47,257 bases of DNA from an uncultured Alphaproteobacteria bacterium. GTDB lineage: Bacteria; Pseudomonadota; Alphaproteobacteria; CAZZKF01. The position numbers were made by a program, and so were the translations under genes. Position 1 is the stretch's first letter, and every line of letters begins with the position of its first letter. Location of the stretch: contig CAZZKF010000006.1 in NCBI GenBank assembly GCA_964654995.1, positions 7,029-54,285 on the forward strand. Reading direction: 5' to 3'. The notes beneath the pieces were generated by a model that saw only the letters and a program-made list of their open reading frames with translations, searched no databases and was not told where the DNA came from. Of this stretch, positions 29,716 through 38,735 are shown one piece after another.

Positions 29716-30159
29716 TCAGCCTGCCGATCCGTCCAGCGCACCGCTGCGCCGGCGGCGATAGAGGTCGAGTCCCATCTCGTCGAGCACAGCCCGCTCCTGG
29801 CGGGCTTCCGCCCGGGCACGGCGCTGGCGCTCCCGGTCCTCGGCGATCTCGTATTTCTTGAGCTCGCGAAAAGCCTCGGCAACGTCGCGTTTGGCGGCAT
29901 CCAGCTCACTGTCGATCTCGGCAATCGAGCGCTGGATGGTCTCGCGCCGCTGGATGACGCCGGCGGCATAGGCCCCGTAGGTCATCGCCACGACCGTATC
30001 CTGGGCGGCCTCGCGCTGCTCGCGCCGCACTTCCTCTTCGAGTGCCTGGGCGCGGCTTTCGAATTCGGCCCGCAGGCCTTCGAGCTCCATGACCTTCTTG
30101 CGCCGCTCATCGAGCCGCCAGCGGTGAACGCGGATCAGGGTCTCGAGATCCTTTCTCAT
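29716..30159 (-). CDS. fliJ: Flagellar export protein FliJ
   Basis: Coiled-coil 147 aa protein, '[14 protein letters not shown]', 'AFRELKKYE', 'LDEM'; overlaps the fliI stop. Confidence 0.88.
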   Translation of the reverse strand: MRKDLETLIRVHRWRLDERRKKVMELEGLRAEFESRAQALEEEVRREQREAAQDTVVAMTYGAYAAGVIQRRETIQRSIAEIDSELDAAKRDVAEAFRELKKYEIAEDRERQRRARAEARQERAVLDEMGLDLYRRRRSGALDGSAG

Positions 30160-31523
30160 TCTTGGGCCGGCTCAGTCTGCCCGAGCGCACGGCCCTGGAC
30201 GCCGCCGCGCGGGCCTTCCTCGAGAATGCGCGCCAGCTCGGCATAGCCGCTGGCGAGATCGCAGCGGTCGTCGTGGCGCTGGGCGAGAAACCGTTCGAAG
30301 GCCGGATGATAGGCGATTGCCTCGTCGACTTCAGGATTGGAGCCCTGGCGATAGGCGCCGAGGCGGATCATTTCCTCCATGTCGGCATATGTGGTCATGA
30401 TCCGCCGCGCCGTCAGGACCAGATCGTTTTCCTCGTCCGTATTGCAGCGCGGCATCGTCCGCGAGATCGACCGCAAGACGTTGATCGCCGGATAGCGCCC
30501 GCGCTCGGCGATCGAGCGGTCGAGGACGATATGGCCGTCGAGAATGCCGCGTACCGCGTCGGCAATCGGCTCGTTGTGATCGTCGCCTTCGACCAGCACC
30601 GTGAACAGGCCGGTGATGCTCCCCGAACCGGTGCCGGGTCCGGCCCGCTCGAGGAGCTTCGGCAGCTCGGCGAACACCGTCGGCGTATAGCCCTTGGAGG
30701 CCGGCGGCTCGCCGCCCGAAAGACCGATTTCGCGCTGGGCCATGGCAAAGCGCGTCACGCTGTCCATCAGACACAGGACCTGCTGGTCGCGGTCGCGGAA
30801 ATATTCGGACACCGTCAATGTCAGATAGGCGGCCTGGCGGCGCATCAGGGCCGGCTCGTCGGAGGTGGCGACGATGACGACGCTGCGCGCCAGCCCGTCC
30901 TCGCCAAGATCGTCCTCGAGGAATTCCTGAACCTCGCGGCCGCGCTCGCCGACCAGGCCGATCACGGTCACATCCGAGGCCGTATAGCGGGCCAGCATCG
31001 AGAGCAGGATCGACTTGCCGACGCCGGAGCCGGAAAAAATGCCCATCCGCTGGCCCTTGCAGCAGGTGAGAAAGGTGTTGATCGCGCGCACGCCGAGATC
31101 GATCTTGCCGGCCACCCGCTGGCGCCGGTGCGAGACCGGCGGCTGGGCGCGCAAGGGATAGGGCGCATCGCCCTGCGCCAGGGGCCCCTTGCCGTCGATC
31201 GGCTCGCCCATGGCATTGATCACCCGACCGAGCCAGGCCGGCGACGGATAGACGACGGATTCCTCTTCGGCCAGAACCGCCCGACAGCCCATGCCGACGC
31301 CTTCGAGCGGGGAAAACGGCATGGCCAGCGCCCGGCCGCCACGAAAACCGACGATTTCACAGGGTACCGATTTGTCGCGGTGGGCCTCGATGCGGATTCG
31401 CGAGCCGATGGCCAGCCGGTTGCGCACCCCGGCAACCTCGACCAGAAGGCCCTGAACGCCGACAACCCGGCCGTAGTGCTGGACCTCGGGAATACGGGCA
31501 ATCATGTTGGTCAGACTGTGCAC
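30156..31523 (-). CDS. fliI: Flagellum-specific export ATPase
   Basis: Walker A 'GSGVGKS', 'GERGREV', '[16 protein letters not shown]', 'GILDGHIVL'; GTG start chosen from the AGGGG RBS. Confidence 0.95.
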   Translation of the reverse strand: MHSLTNMIARIPEVQHYGRVVGVQGLLVEVAGVRNRLAIGSRIRIEAHRDKSVPCEIVGFRGGRALAMPFSPLEGVGMGCRAVLAEEESVVYPSPAWLGRVINAMGEPIDGKGPLAQGDAPYPLRAQPPVSHRRQRVAGKIDLGVRAINTFLTCCKGQRMGIFSGSGVGKSILLSMLARYTASDVTVIGLVGERGREVQEFLEDDLGEDGLARSVVIVATSDEPALMRRQAAYLTLTVSEYFRDRDQQVLCLMDSVTRFAMAQREIGLSGGEPPASKGYTPTVFAELPKLLERAGPGTGSGSITGLFTVLVEGDDHNEPIADAVRGILDGHIVLDRSIAERGRYPAINVLRSISRTMPRCNTDEENDLVLTARRIMTTYADMEEMIRLGAYRQGSNPEVDEAIAYHPAFERFLAQRHDDRCDLASGYAELARILEEGPRGGVQGRALGQTEPAQE

Positions 31524-31596
31524 CGGCACCGCCCCTGATGGCTGAGCGGGTGGGTCCCGCCGATCTTCGGTTTTGAACGATCTTGACGCCAACAGC

Positions 31597-31695
31597 TTAA
31601 GCTTCCGTAAAGCATGACGGCATCGCGACAAAGGCGACTGGCGGCGAGAAACCGCTCTGTGTTAAGACTTCGTTCATCATTAACCTTTATTAACC
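31597..31695. promoter_or_regulatory. Cluster of CtrA-like sites in the divergent fliI/ctrA promoter region
   Basis: TTAA-GCTTCCG-TAAA (31597-31611), TTAA-GACTTCG-TTCA (31662-31676), and tandem TTAACC half-sites with N6 spacing (31680-31695). Confidence 0.65.
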
Positions 31696-31743
31696 AGAGA
31701 TGGGTACAGTGTTCGCAGACCGACGCCGGGAGGAGTGAAAGCG

Positions 31744-32457
31744 ATGCGGGTTTTGTTGATTGAAGACGACGCCTCGACCGCCAGAAGCATCGAGCTGATG
31801 CTGTCGGCGGAAGGGTTCAACATTTACACCACGGACCTTGGTGAAGAAGGGTTGGACCTCGGCAAGCTGTATGATTACGACATCATCATTCTGGATCTCA
31901 ACCTGCCCGACATGCACGGCTATGACGTGCTCAAGAAACTGCGCCTGTCCAAGGTCGAGACGCCGATCCTCATCCTGTCCGGTCTGTCCGAGCCGGACGA
32001 CAAGGTCCGCGGGCTCGGTTTCGGGGCCGACGACTATCTGACCAAACCGTTCCACAAGGACGAGCTGGTCGCCCGCATCCACGCCATCGTGCGGCGCTCC
32101 AAGGGCCACGCCCAGTCGATCATCAAGACCGGGCGCCTTCAGGTCAATCTGGATACCAAGACGGTCGAGGTCGACGGTCAACGGGTGCATCTTACCGGCA
32201 AGGAATACGCCATGCTCGAGCTGCTGTCCTTGCGCAAGGGCACGACGCTGACCAAGGAGATGTTCCTCAACCACCTCTATGGCGGCATGGACGAGCCGGA
32301 ACAGAAGATCATCGACGTGTTCATCTGCAAGCTGCGCAAGAAGCTGCAGAACGCCACCGGCAACGAAAACTACATCGAAACAGTGTGGGGCCGCGGCTAC
32401 GTGCTGCGCGATCCGGTCGGCGAAGACGACGAGGTCGCCACCGCCGCCACCGGCTGA
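31744..32457 (+). CDS. ctrA: Cell cycle/motility response regulator CtrA
   Basis: 'MRVLLIEDD...SIELML', '[26 protein letters not shown]', '[33 protein letters not shown]', 'IETVWGRGY'; GGAGGAG RBS. Confidence 0.97.
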   Translation: MRVLLIEDDASTARSIELMLSAEGFNIYTTDLGEEGLDLGKLYDYDIIILDLNLPDMHGYDVLKKLRLSKVETPILILSGLSEPDDKVRGLGFGADDYLTKPFHKDELVARIHAIVRRSKGHAQSIIKTGRLQVNLDTKTVEVDGQRVHLTGKEYAMLELLSLRKGTTLTKEMFLNHLYGGMDEPEQKIIDVFICKLRKKLQNATGNENYIETVWGRGYVLRDPVGEDDEVATAATG

Positions 32458-32585
32458 ATCACTTTCTCAAAGTGGATTGCAGTTTTCCCGCGGTGCCGCG
32501 CACCAGGGGGCCGTGAGATCAGCCGTTTTTCCAAGAATAGCGCAAGTCCGGGACTGCCCGCGATCGCCAGAATGCGGGGCAGGGC

Positions 32586-33395
32586 TCAGGCCGGCACATA
32601 CATGCCACGCTGACCGGAAACCGGCTTGAACTTGTCGGAGATCCCGAGCACGGTTTCGGCGGCACCGAGGAACAGCACGCCGTCTTCGGTCAAGACCTCG
32701 CGGATCCGGTCGAGCACGTTGGCCTTGGTCTTCTGGTCGAAGTAGATCAGCACGTTGCGGCAGTAGATGACGTCGAACATGCCCAGCGACTTGAAGTCAT
32801 AGAGAAGGTTGTGTTCCTTGAACCGCACCATCGCCCGGATGGCGCTGTCGATCTGCCACATCTCGCCGACCTGCGAGAAATATTTGACCAGCAAATGCAC
32901 CGGCAGGCCGCGCTGGACCTCGAACTGGGAATAAAGGCCGGCCTTGGCCTTTTCCAGAACTTCCCGGGACAGATCGGTGCCGAGAATATCGAACTTCCAG
33001 CCGGCGACCTTGGCCTCCTGCTCACGCAGGATCATCGCCAGACTGTAGGGTTCCTGGCCGGTGGACGCGGCGGCGCACCAGATGCGAATGCGCTGTGTGC
33101 TTGCGCGCGCTTCGAGGAGACGCGGCAAGACCTGCTCGCGAAACAGATCGAACGGCGTGTTGTCGCGAAAGAAGAAGGATTCGTTCGTGGTCATCGCTTC
33201 CGTCACGTCTTCCAGAAGCTGCTGATCACGACCGATCTTGATTTCCTTCACCAGTTCGTCGAGATCGCCGAATCCGCGCTTGCGCGCCAGCGGCGTCAGC
33301 CGGCTTTCGAGCAGGTAAAGCTTGTCGGCATTGAGCGCCAGGCCGGAGCGTTCCTTGAGAACCCCGCTGATGATTTCGAAATCCTCGGGCTTCAT
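32586..33395 (-). CDS. cheR: Chemotaxis methyltransferase
   Basis: 'TTNESFFFRD', 'IWCAAASTGQEPYS', 'FDVIYCRNVLIYF'. Confidence 0.96.
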   Translation of the reverse strand: MKPEDFEIISGVLKERSGLALNADKLYLLESRLTPLARKRGFGDLDELVKEIKIGRDQQLLEDVTEAMTTNESFFFRDNTPFDLFREQVLPRLLEARASTQRIRIWCAAASTGQEPYSLAMILREQEAKVAGWKFDILGTDLSREVLEKAKAGLYSQFEVQRGLPVHLLVKYFSQVGEMWQIDSAIRAMVRFKEHNLLYDFKSLGMFDVIYCRNVLIYFDQKTKANVLDRIREVLTEDGVLFLGAAETVLGISDKFKPVSGQRGMYVPA

Positions 33396-34567
33396 GCGGC
33401 TGCTCCTGTTGCCATACGGACGAGTTCGTCGCCCAGTTTGCCGATCGGCAGAACGGCACTGCACAGGCCGGCGGTGGCGACCGCACCCGGCATGCCCCAG
33501 ACGACGCTGCTGGCCTCGTCCTGGGCAATCAGGGTGCCGCCGGCCTTGACCAGAACCTCGCCGCCCTTGAGCCCGTCATGGCCCATGCCGGTCAGAACCG
33601 CCGCCAGCACGCGGGCGCCAAACACCTTGGCGACGCCGCGAAACAGCTGATCGACCGCCGGCCGGCAGAAGTTCTCGGGCGGGTCCTGATTGAGGCGGAT
33701 GACCGGCGTGGCGCCCTCAGACGCCACCGTCATGTGGTAATCGCCCGGCGCCACATAGACGCGGGCCGCCTGCAGCGGTTCGCCGTCCTTTGCCTCGGAA
33801 CAGGGAAGGCCGCTCAGCCGGGCGATATGCTCGGCAAGAATGGCGGTAAACGTCGCCGGCATGTGCTGGGTAACCAGGATCGGCACCGACACCTTGCCGC
33901 TCAATGCCGAGATGACCTTGAACAGGGCCTGAGGCCCGCCGGTGGATGAACCGATGGCAATCACCGACGGCTTCTGGCGTGATGGTGCCCGCAAGGTAAT
34001 CGGCGCATCGCCATAGAGTCCCGGCGACAGGGCTTCGGCCGGGCCGGCGGCGGGTCTGCCGCCCCGGGACGGCGTTTCCGCCCGTCCTCTCGCCTGCGGC
34101 GCCTGGCGGCGCCCGGCCGCACCCAGGACCAGAACCTTTTCGATCAGCGTCTTGCGGAAGATGTCGGCGGCGTCGGCCTCGCGGGTGCTTTCCGGCTTCG
34201 GCACATAATCGGCTGCGCCGGCGGCCAGCGCGCGGATGCTGATATCGGCGCCGCGCTTGGTCAGCGTCGAGGCCATGATGACCCGGACACCCGGCGCCTT
34301 TTCCAGCAGTTTCGGCAGGGCGGTCAGCCCGTCCATCTTCGGCATCTCGATGTCGAGGATGATGATTTCCGGCTTCGCCACGCTCACCAGATTGAGCGCC
34401 ATTTCCCCGTTATTCGCCGTGGCAACGATGTCGATCTGGGAGTCCGCCTCCAGCCAGCGGGTCAGAAGTCCGCGAATGACGGCCGAATCATCGACCACCA
34501 TCACGCGGTAGGGAGATGCCGCGTCCGGAGTGGAAGAAGGCGCTTTTTTTGACGATAAATCAGACAC
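33392..34567 (-). CDS. cheB: Chemotaxis response regulator methylesterase
   Basis: N-terminal REC (VVDDS, LDIEMPKMDG); catalytic 'GSSTGG', 'QHMP', 'LTGMGHDG'. Confidence 0.96.
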   Translation of the reverse strand: MSDLSSKKAPSSTPDAASPYRVMVVDDSAVIRGLLTRWLEADSQIDIVATANNGEMALNLVSVAKPEIIILDIEMPKMDGLTALPKLLEKAPGVRVIMASTLTKRGADISIRALAAGAADYVPKPESTREADAADIFRKTLIEKVLVLGAAGRRQAPQARGRAETPSRGGRPAAGPAEALSPGLYGDAPITLRAPSRQKPSVIAIGSSTGGPQALFKVISALSGKVSVPILVTQHMPATFTAILAEHIARLSGLPCSEAKDGEPLQAARVYVAPGDYHMTVASEGATPVIRLNQDPPENFCRPAVDQLFRGVAKVFGARVLAAVLTGMGHDGLKGGEVLVKAGGTLIAQDEASSVVWGMPGAVATAGLCSAVLPIGKLGDELVRMATGAAA

Positions 34568-34933
34568 CTACATTAATCCAACTTGGGCAAATTTGGCCTC
34601 GATGATGTCCCGGTCGAAGGGCTTCATGATGTATTCGTTGGCGCCGGCCTCGATCGCGATCCGGATGTGTTCGAGATCGTTTTCAGTGGTGCAGAACACC
34701 ACCACCGGCTTGTCCCCGTCCTTCATCCGGCGCAGGGCCTTCAAGAAATCGAGCCCGTCCATGACCGGCATGTTCCAGTCGAGAAGAATGGCATCAGGCA
34801 GATTCTCCTGGCAGCTTTCCAGCGCCTGCTGACCGTCCACGGCCTCGGCAATGTCGAAATTGAGTTCTTCGAGAATCCGGCGCGCCACCTTGCGGATGAC
34901 CCGTGAATCGTCGACGATAAGGCAGGACTTCAT
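34568..34933 (-). CDS. cheY: Chemotaxis response regulator
   Basis: Single REC domain 'LIVDDS', 'LLDWNMPVMDG', 'YIMKPF' within the che operon. Confidence 0.93.
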   Translation of the reverse strand: MKSCLIVDDSRVIRKVARRILEELNFDIAEAVDGQQALESCQENLPDAILLDWNMPVMDGLDFLKALRRMKDGDKPVVVFCTTENDLEHIRIAIEAGANEYIMKPFDRDIIEAKFAQVGLM

Positions 34934-34981
34934 GAAAAAACTCCCCCGATTCTGATCGCTCCGGAGCCGACCCCTGTGGGC

Positions 34982-35473
34982 TCAGGCTGTTGCACAGCCG
35001 CCAAAATCGAGCAGTTTGGTGACGTCGAGCGCCACCAGAAGCTCGTCGTCAAGACGATAGATTCCGGCGGAAACATCGCGCCAGCGGGGCTCGAGCGTCG
35101 TCGGATTCTGCTCGAAGGCATTGGCCGGAACACTCAGGACCTCGCCGACATTGTCGATCAGCAGGCTGTAGGGTTCGTCGTCATGCTCGACGACGACGCT
35201 CATGCCGGGCTCGTCGTCCGGCCGCGGCTCGAGACCGAGGCGCACCCGCAGGTCGATGGCGGTCACGATGCGGCCGCGCAGATTGAGCACGCCGGCCACC
35301 GCCGGCGGCGCCAGCGGAATCCGGGTCATCCGCTGGGGCCCGAGAATATCGTGGACGGCAAGCACCGGGATGCCCAGCATCTGGTCGGCGATCGACACCG
35401 TCACCAGTTCGGTGGCATCCTCCATCATCAGACGATCGACGTCGTGTTCTGAGTTCACCTGCATCTCGTTCAT
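34982..35473 (-). CDS. cheW: Chemotaxis scaffold protein
   Basis: 'GIPV..V', 'TRIPLAP..VAGVLNLRGRIVTAIDLR', 'LLIDNVGEV'. Confidence 0.95.
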   Translation of the reverse strand: MNEMQVNSEHDVDRLMMEDATELVTVSIADQMLGIPVLAVHDILGPQRMTRIPLAPPAVAGVLNLRGRIVTAIDLRVRLGLEPRPDDEPGMSVVVEHDDEPYSLLIDNVGEVLSVPANAFEQNPTTLEPRWRDVSAGIYRLDDELLVALDVTKLLDFGGCATA

Positions 35474-38400
35474 GCCGCTTCTCCCTTGACCGAGAGGGTT
35501 TGTGACAGGGCGTCGAGCAGGGTGTCCCGATCGAATTTGGCAACGTAATCGGTAAAGCCGGCCTCGCGGCCCTTTTCATAGGCGCTCTCGGTCGTCTGCG
35601 ACGACAGCGCAATGATCGGCGTCTCCTGCCATGGGCCGTCGCTCTTGACCGTTTCGGCGAACTGGAAGCCGTCCATGCCGGGCATTTCGACGTCGGAGAT
35701 GATGATGTCGTATTCCATCCCCATGTCGCGCAGCTCCAGCGCCTTGTCCGCGGCCTCGACGACGGTGACGTCATAGCCGGCAGCAACCAGGAGCGGCTTG
35801 ATCATGTTGCGGAAGAAGGGGCTGTCATCGACCAGCAGCACCCGCGGCTGGCGGTGCGTGCGCACGCTCGCGGTGTCGGCGCTCGGCGCCTTGAACCAGT
35901 CGGCGAACGCCTGCGAGAGATAGTGGCCGACGTCGACGATTTCGGTCGCTTCGCCGGCGATCACCGCGGTTCCCAGAACGCCCGGACTGTTGGAGACCAG
36001 TTCGACGTTGAACCTGTCTTCAACGATGTCGACAATCTGGTCGACCGCCAGTCCCATCGACCTCTGGCCGTCGGCAAACACCAGAATCGGCTGCCGGCCC
36101 TCGCTCTTGAAGGCGTAATCCTGGCGCAGCTTGACCAGCGGCATCAGGCTGCCGCGGTATTGCACCACCGGTCGGCCGTCGCTGGTTTCGATCTTGGCGA
36201 CATCGATCTCCTCGAGCCGCGCCACCAGCGACAGCGGCACCGCCTTCGGCGCATTATCGCCGGCCTTGAAGGTGAGCAGGGTTTCGCGGTCGTCGTGGAC
36301 GCTCGCCCCCATGTCCATGCTCTCCTCGACCTCGCCGCTGTGGTGCATGTTCTCGTCGGTCACCGCGGCGATACCGTTGGCGTCGAGGATCATGATGACG
36401 CTGCCATCGCCGAGAATGGTGTTGCCGGAATAGATCGGGATGTCGCGCAGGATCGGGGCGATCGGCTTGACGACGATCTCCTCGGTATCGAACACCCGGT
36501 CGACGACGATGCCGAAAATGAAGTTGCCGACCTGGCTGACAACGACGAAGGTTTCCGCCGACCGCCCGTCCTCGCCGTCGCCGTCCTGGCTCTCGAAGCC
36601 GAGAACATCGCGCAGAAAGATCAGCGGCAGCAGCCGGTTGCGCAGGCGCAGAACCGGCGTGTTGTTGATATGCTCGATTTTGTGCTCGCTCGACGCCGAG
36701 GCGCGCACCAGTTCGAGGACGTTGAGCTGGGGAATGGCGAACCGCTCGCCCGAGACCTCGACGATCAGCGCCGAGATGATCGCCAGGGTGAGTGGAATCT
36801 TGATGGTGAAGGTGGACCCCGCCCCCTCTTTCGACTTGACGTCGATGGTGCCGCCGATTTTCTCGATATTGCTGCGGACCACGTCCATGCCGACGCCGCG
36901 GCCCGAGACCGCCGTCACCTTTTCCGCCGTCGACAGGCCGGCGTGGAAGATGAACCGGTGGATCTGCTGATCGGTCATCGAGTCCAGCTCGGCCTGGGTG
37001 ACGAGCCCGTTGGCCAGCGCCTTTTCCTTGATCTTTTCGATGTTGAGACCGCGCCCGTCGTCGCTGATCTCGATCATGATGTGACCACCCTCCTGATAGG
37101 AATTGAGGATGATCTTGCCGGTCGCGGGCTTGCCGGCGGCAAGCCGTTCTTCGGGCGTCTCGATGCCGTGATCGCCGGAATTGCGGACCATGTGGGTGAG
37201 CGGGTCCTTGATCAGCTCGAGAACCTGGCGGTCGAGCTCGGTCTCGGCGCCGCGCATGTCGAGCTCGATCTTCTTGCCCAGTTCATGACACAGGTCGCGG
37301 ACGATGCGCGGCAGCTTGGCCCAGGCATTGCCGATCGGCTGCATGCGGGTCTTCATCACCGCTTCCTGGAGCTCGCTGGTGCAGTTGGAGAGCCGCTGCA
37401 GGGGCACGGTGAATTCGCTGTCCTCGAGATTGCGGACCATCTGGTCGAGCTGATTGCGGGTCAGCACCAGTTCGCTGACCATGGTCATCAGGTCCTCGAG
37501 CACGTCGACGCTAACCCGGATGGTCTGGTTCTTGAGGGTCGATTCGCCGGCCGCCTTCCTGGAGGGCTCGGGCGGCGCAGCTTTCTCGGCCTTGGCGGCC
37601 GGCTTCGACTCTGCCTGGGCGCAGGCTTCAACCAGCTTCCGGCCTTCCTCGGTCCGGCACAGCACGTCGTCCCTGACCGAGCCGGCGATGGCCATGATCT
37701 CGTCGATCAGATCGTCGGCGACCTCGAGTTCCTTGAGCGAATCATGCAGGTGGCCGGCGACCGCATCGAAATGGGCTTCGCCGAGACCGCGGGCGACCAG
37801 CGGCGCGTGCGCCGCCGCCAGCGAACGGCCGGAGTAATTGGCCGGGCCGCCGAACGCCATGGTCAGAAAGGCGCCCAGCATCTGGCGCTGGCCATCCATG
37901 TTGATGCCGTCGAAGAACGGCTTCAGGTCGGCATCCGCCAGCACCTTGTCGTAGAAGATCCTGATCGTCGCCTCGACCGCCGCATCGCCGCCAAGCCGCG
38001 CAAACAGGCTGCTGTCGCCGCCGTCACCGGCGGGCGCTGCATCGTCATCATCATCGGGGCCGGGCGCCGCCTGAAATGCCGCTTCCAGCTCGTCGAGGGT
38101 TGCTTCCTGAAGCGGCGAGACCGATGATTCCCCGGCCGCGGCCTCAGGTTCGGCTTCCGGTTCCGGGTCCGGCTCGGGCTCCGGGTCGGGCTCTGCGGCC
38201 GCCGCCTGGGCGCCGGTGATCACCGCGTTCAGCCGCCCGATGAGATCGCCGTCGTCGCCTTCGGGCTCGGCCTCATTGGCCTCCAACTCGGCCAGGATGG
38301 CCTTGATCTGATCGAGCGCCTCGAGGATCACGGTCACCGCTTCCGGCGTGACCTCGACCTCGCCGTCGCGGAATTTTCCGAGCACGTTCTCGGCGGCATG

Positions 38401-38586
38401 CGCCACCGCTTCGAGGCGCGGCAGGCCGAGGAAGCCGCAGGTGCCCTTGATCGTGTGAACCAGGCGGAAGATGTTGTCGAGCACCGGCTTGTCGGACGGG
38501 TCCTGTTCCAGCTTGACAACTTCGCTGTCCACAACCTCGATGCTTTCCGCGGTCTCGGTGAGAAATTCGTTCAGGAGATCGTCCAT
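35470..38586 (-). CDS. cheA: Hybrid chemotaxis histidine kinase CheA (1038 aa): Hpt - truncated haemoglobin - dimerisation - HATPase - CheW - CheW - REC
   Basis: Hpt 'IFRLVHTIKG' (His44); 'TIRVSVD.LE.LM..VSELV'; 'HMVRNSGDHGIE', 'DDGRG', 'SGRGVGMDVV'; two CheW-like domains; C-terminal REC 'LLVDDS..ISDVEMPGMDG..K'. Confidence 0.96.
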   Translation of the reverse strand: MDDLLNEFLTETAESIEVVDSEVVKLEQDPSDKPVLDNIFRLVHTIKGTCGFLGLPRLEAVAHAAENVLGKFRDGEVEVTPEAVTVILEALDQIKAILAELEANEAEPEGDDGDLIGRLNAVITGAQAAAAEPDPEPEPDPEPEAEPEAAAGESSVSPLQEATLDELEAAFQAAPGPDDDDDAAPAGDGGDSSLFARLGGDAAVEATIRIFYDKVLADADLKPFFDGINMDGQRQMLGAFLTMAFGGPANYSGRSLAAAHAPLVARGLGEAHFDAVAGHLHDSLKELEVADDLIDEIMAIAGSVRDDVLCRTEEGRKLVEACAQAESKPAAKAEKAAPPEPSRKAAGESTLKNQTIRVSVDVLEDLMTMVSELVLTRNQLDQMVRNLEDSEFTVPLQRLSNCTSELQEAVMKTRMQPIGNAWAKLPRIVRDLCHELGKKIELDMRGAETELDRQVLELIKDPLTHMVRNSGDHGIETPEERLAAGKPATGKIILNSYQEGGHIMIEISDDGRGLNIEKIKEKALANGLVTQAELDSMTDQQIHRFIFHAGLSTAEKVTAVSGRGVGMDVVRSNIEKIGGTIDVKSKEGAGSTFTIKIPLTLAIISALIVEVSGERFAIPQLNVLELVRASASSEHKIEHINNTPVLRLRNRLLPLIFLRDVLGFESQDGDGEDGRSAETFVVVSQVGNFIFGIVVDRVFDTEEIVVKPIAPILRDIPIYSGNTILGDGSVIMILDANGIAAVTDENMHHSGEVEESMDMGASVHDDRETLLTFKAGDNAPKAVPLSLVARLEEIDVAKIETSDGRPVVQYRGSLMPLVKLRQDYAFKSEGRQPILVFADGQRSMGLAVDQIVDIVEDRFNVELVSNSPGVLGTAVIAGEATEIVDVGHYLSQAFADWFKAPSADTASVRTHRQPRVLLVDDSPFFRNMIKPLLVAAGYDVTVVEAADKALELRDMGMEYDIIISDVEMPGMDGFQFAETVKSDGPWQETPIIALSSQTTESAYEKGREAGFTDYVAKFDRDTLLDALSQTLSVKGEAA
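37654..38010 (-). other. Group I truncated (2/2) haemoglobin domain inside CheA (about aa 193-311)
   Basis: SLFARLGG, FY (B9-B10), PFF (CD1), Q (E7), AFL..AFGGP..YSGRSL..AH (proximal His260), HFDAVAGHL..SL.EL.V, DDVL. Confidence 0.92.
38150..38194 (-). repeat. Degenerate 6-bp tandem repeat encoding an (E/D)P linker in CheA
   Basis: Encodes EPDPEPEPDPEPEAE between the Hpt and globin domains. Confidence 0.6.
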
Positions 38587-38686
38587 TGACCAGCCCTTTG
38601 AAATCGCTGCCGGGCCGAAAGTCCGCACGCACTCGTTGCACACGCACGGCTTGCCCCTTCCGTTGCAAGCACGATCACCGAAACAG

Positions 38687-38702
38687 GTTAAAAAGCTGTA
38701 AA
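38687..38702 (-). promoter_or_regulatory. CtrA-like box upstream of cheA
   Basis: Minus strand TTTA-CAGCTTT-TTAAC about 100 bp before the cheA ATG. Confidence 0.65.
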
Positions 38703-38735
38703 GGGTAGCCGGCGCCAGGCGCAGTATTCTGCGGC

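Noticed and set aside
37654-38010. Possibility that the globin is a separate gene or the result of a frameshift
   Set aside because: It is in frame with both the upstream Hpt and the downstream kinase core, with no stop codon and no start codon at its beginning
38587-38643. Cys-containing N-terminal extension of CheA in the ORF track (MCNECV...)
   Set aside because: CheA homology begins at MDDLLNEFL (38586); the extension lies in the probable promoter/leader region
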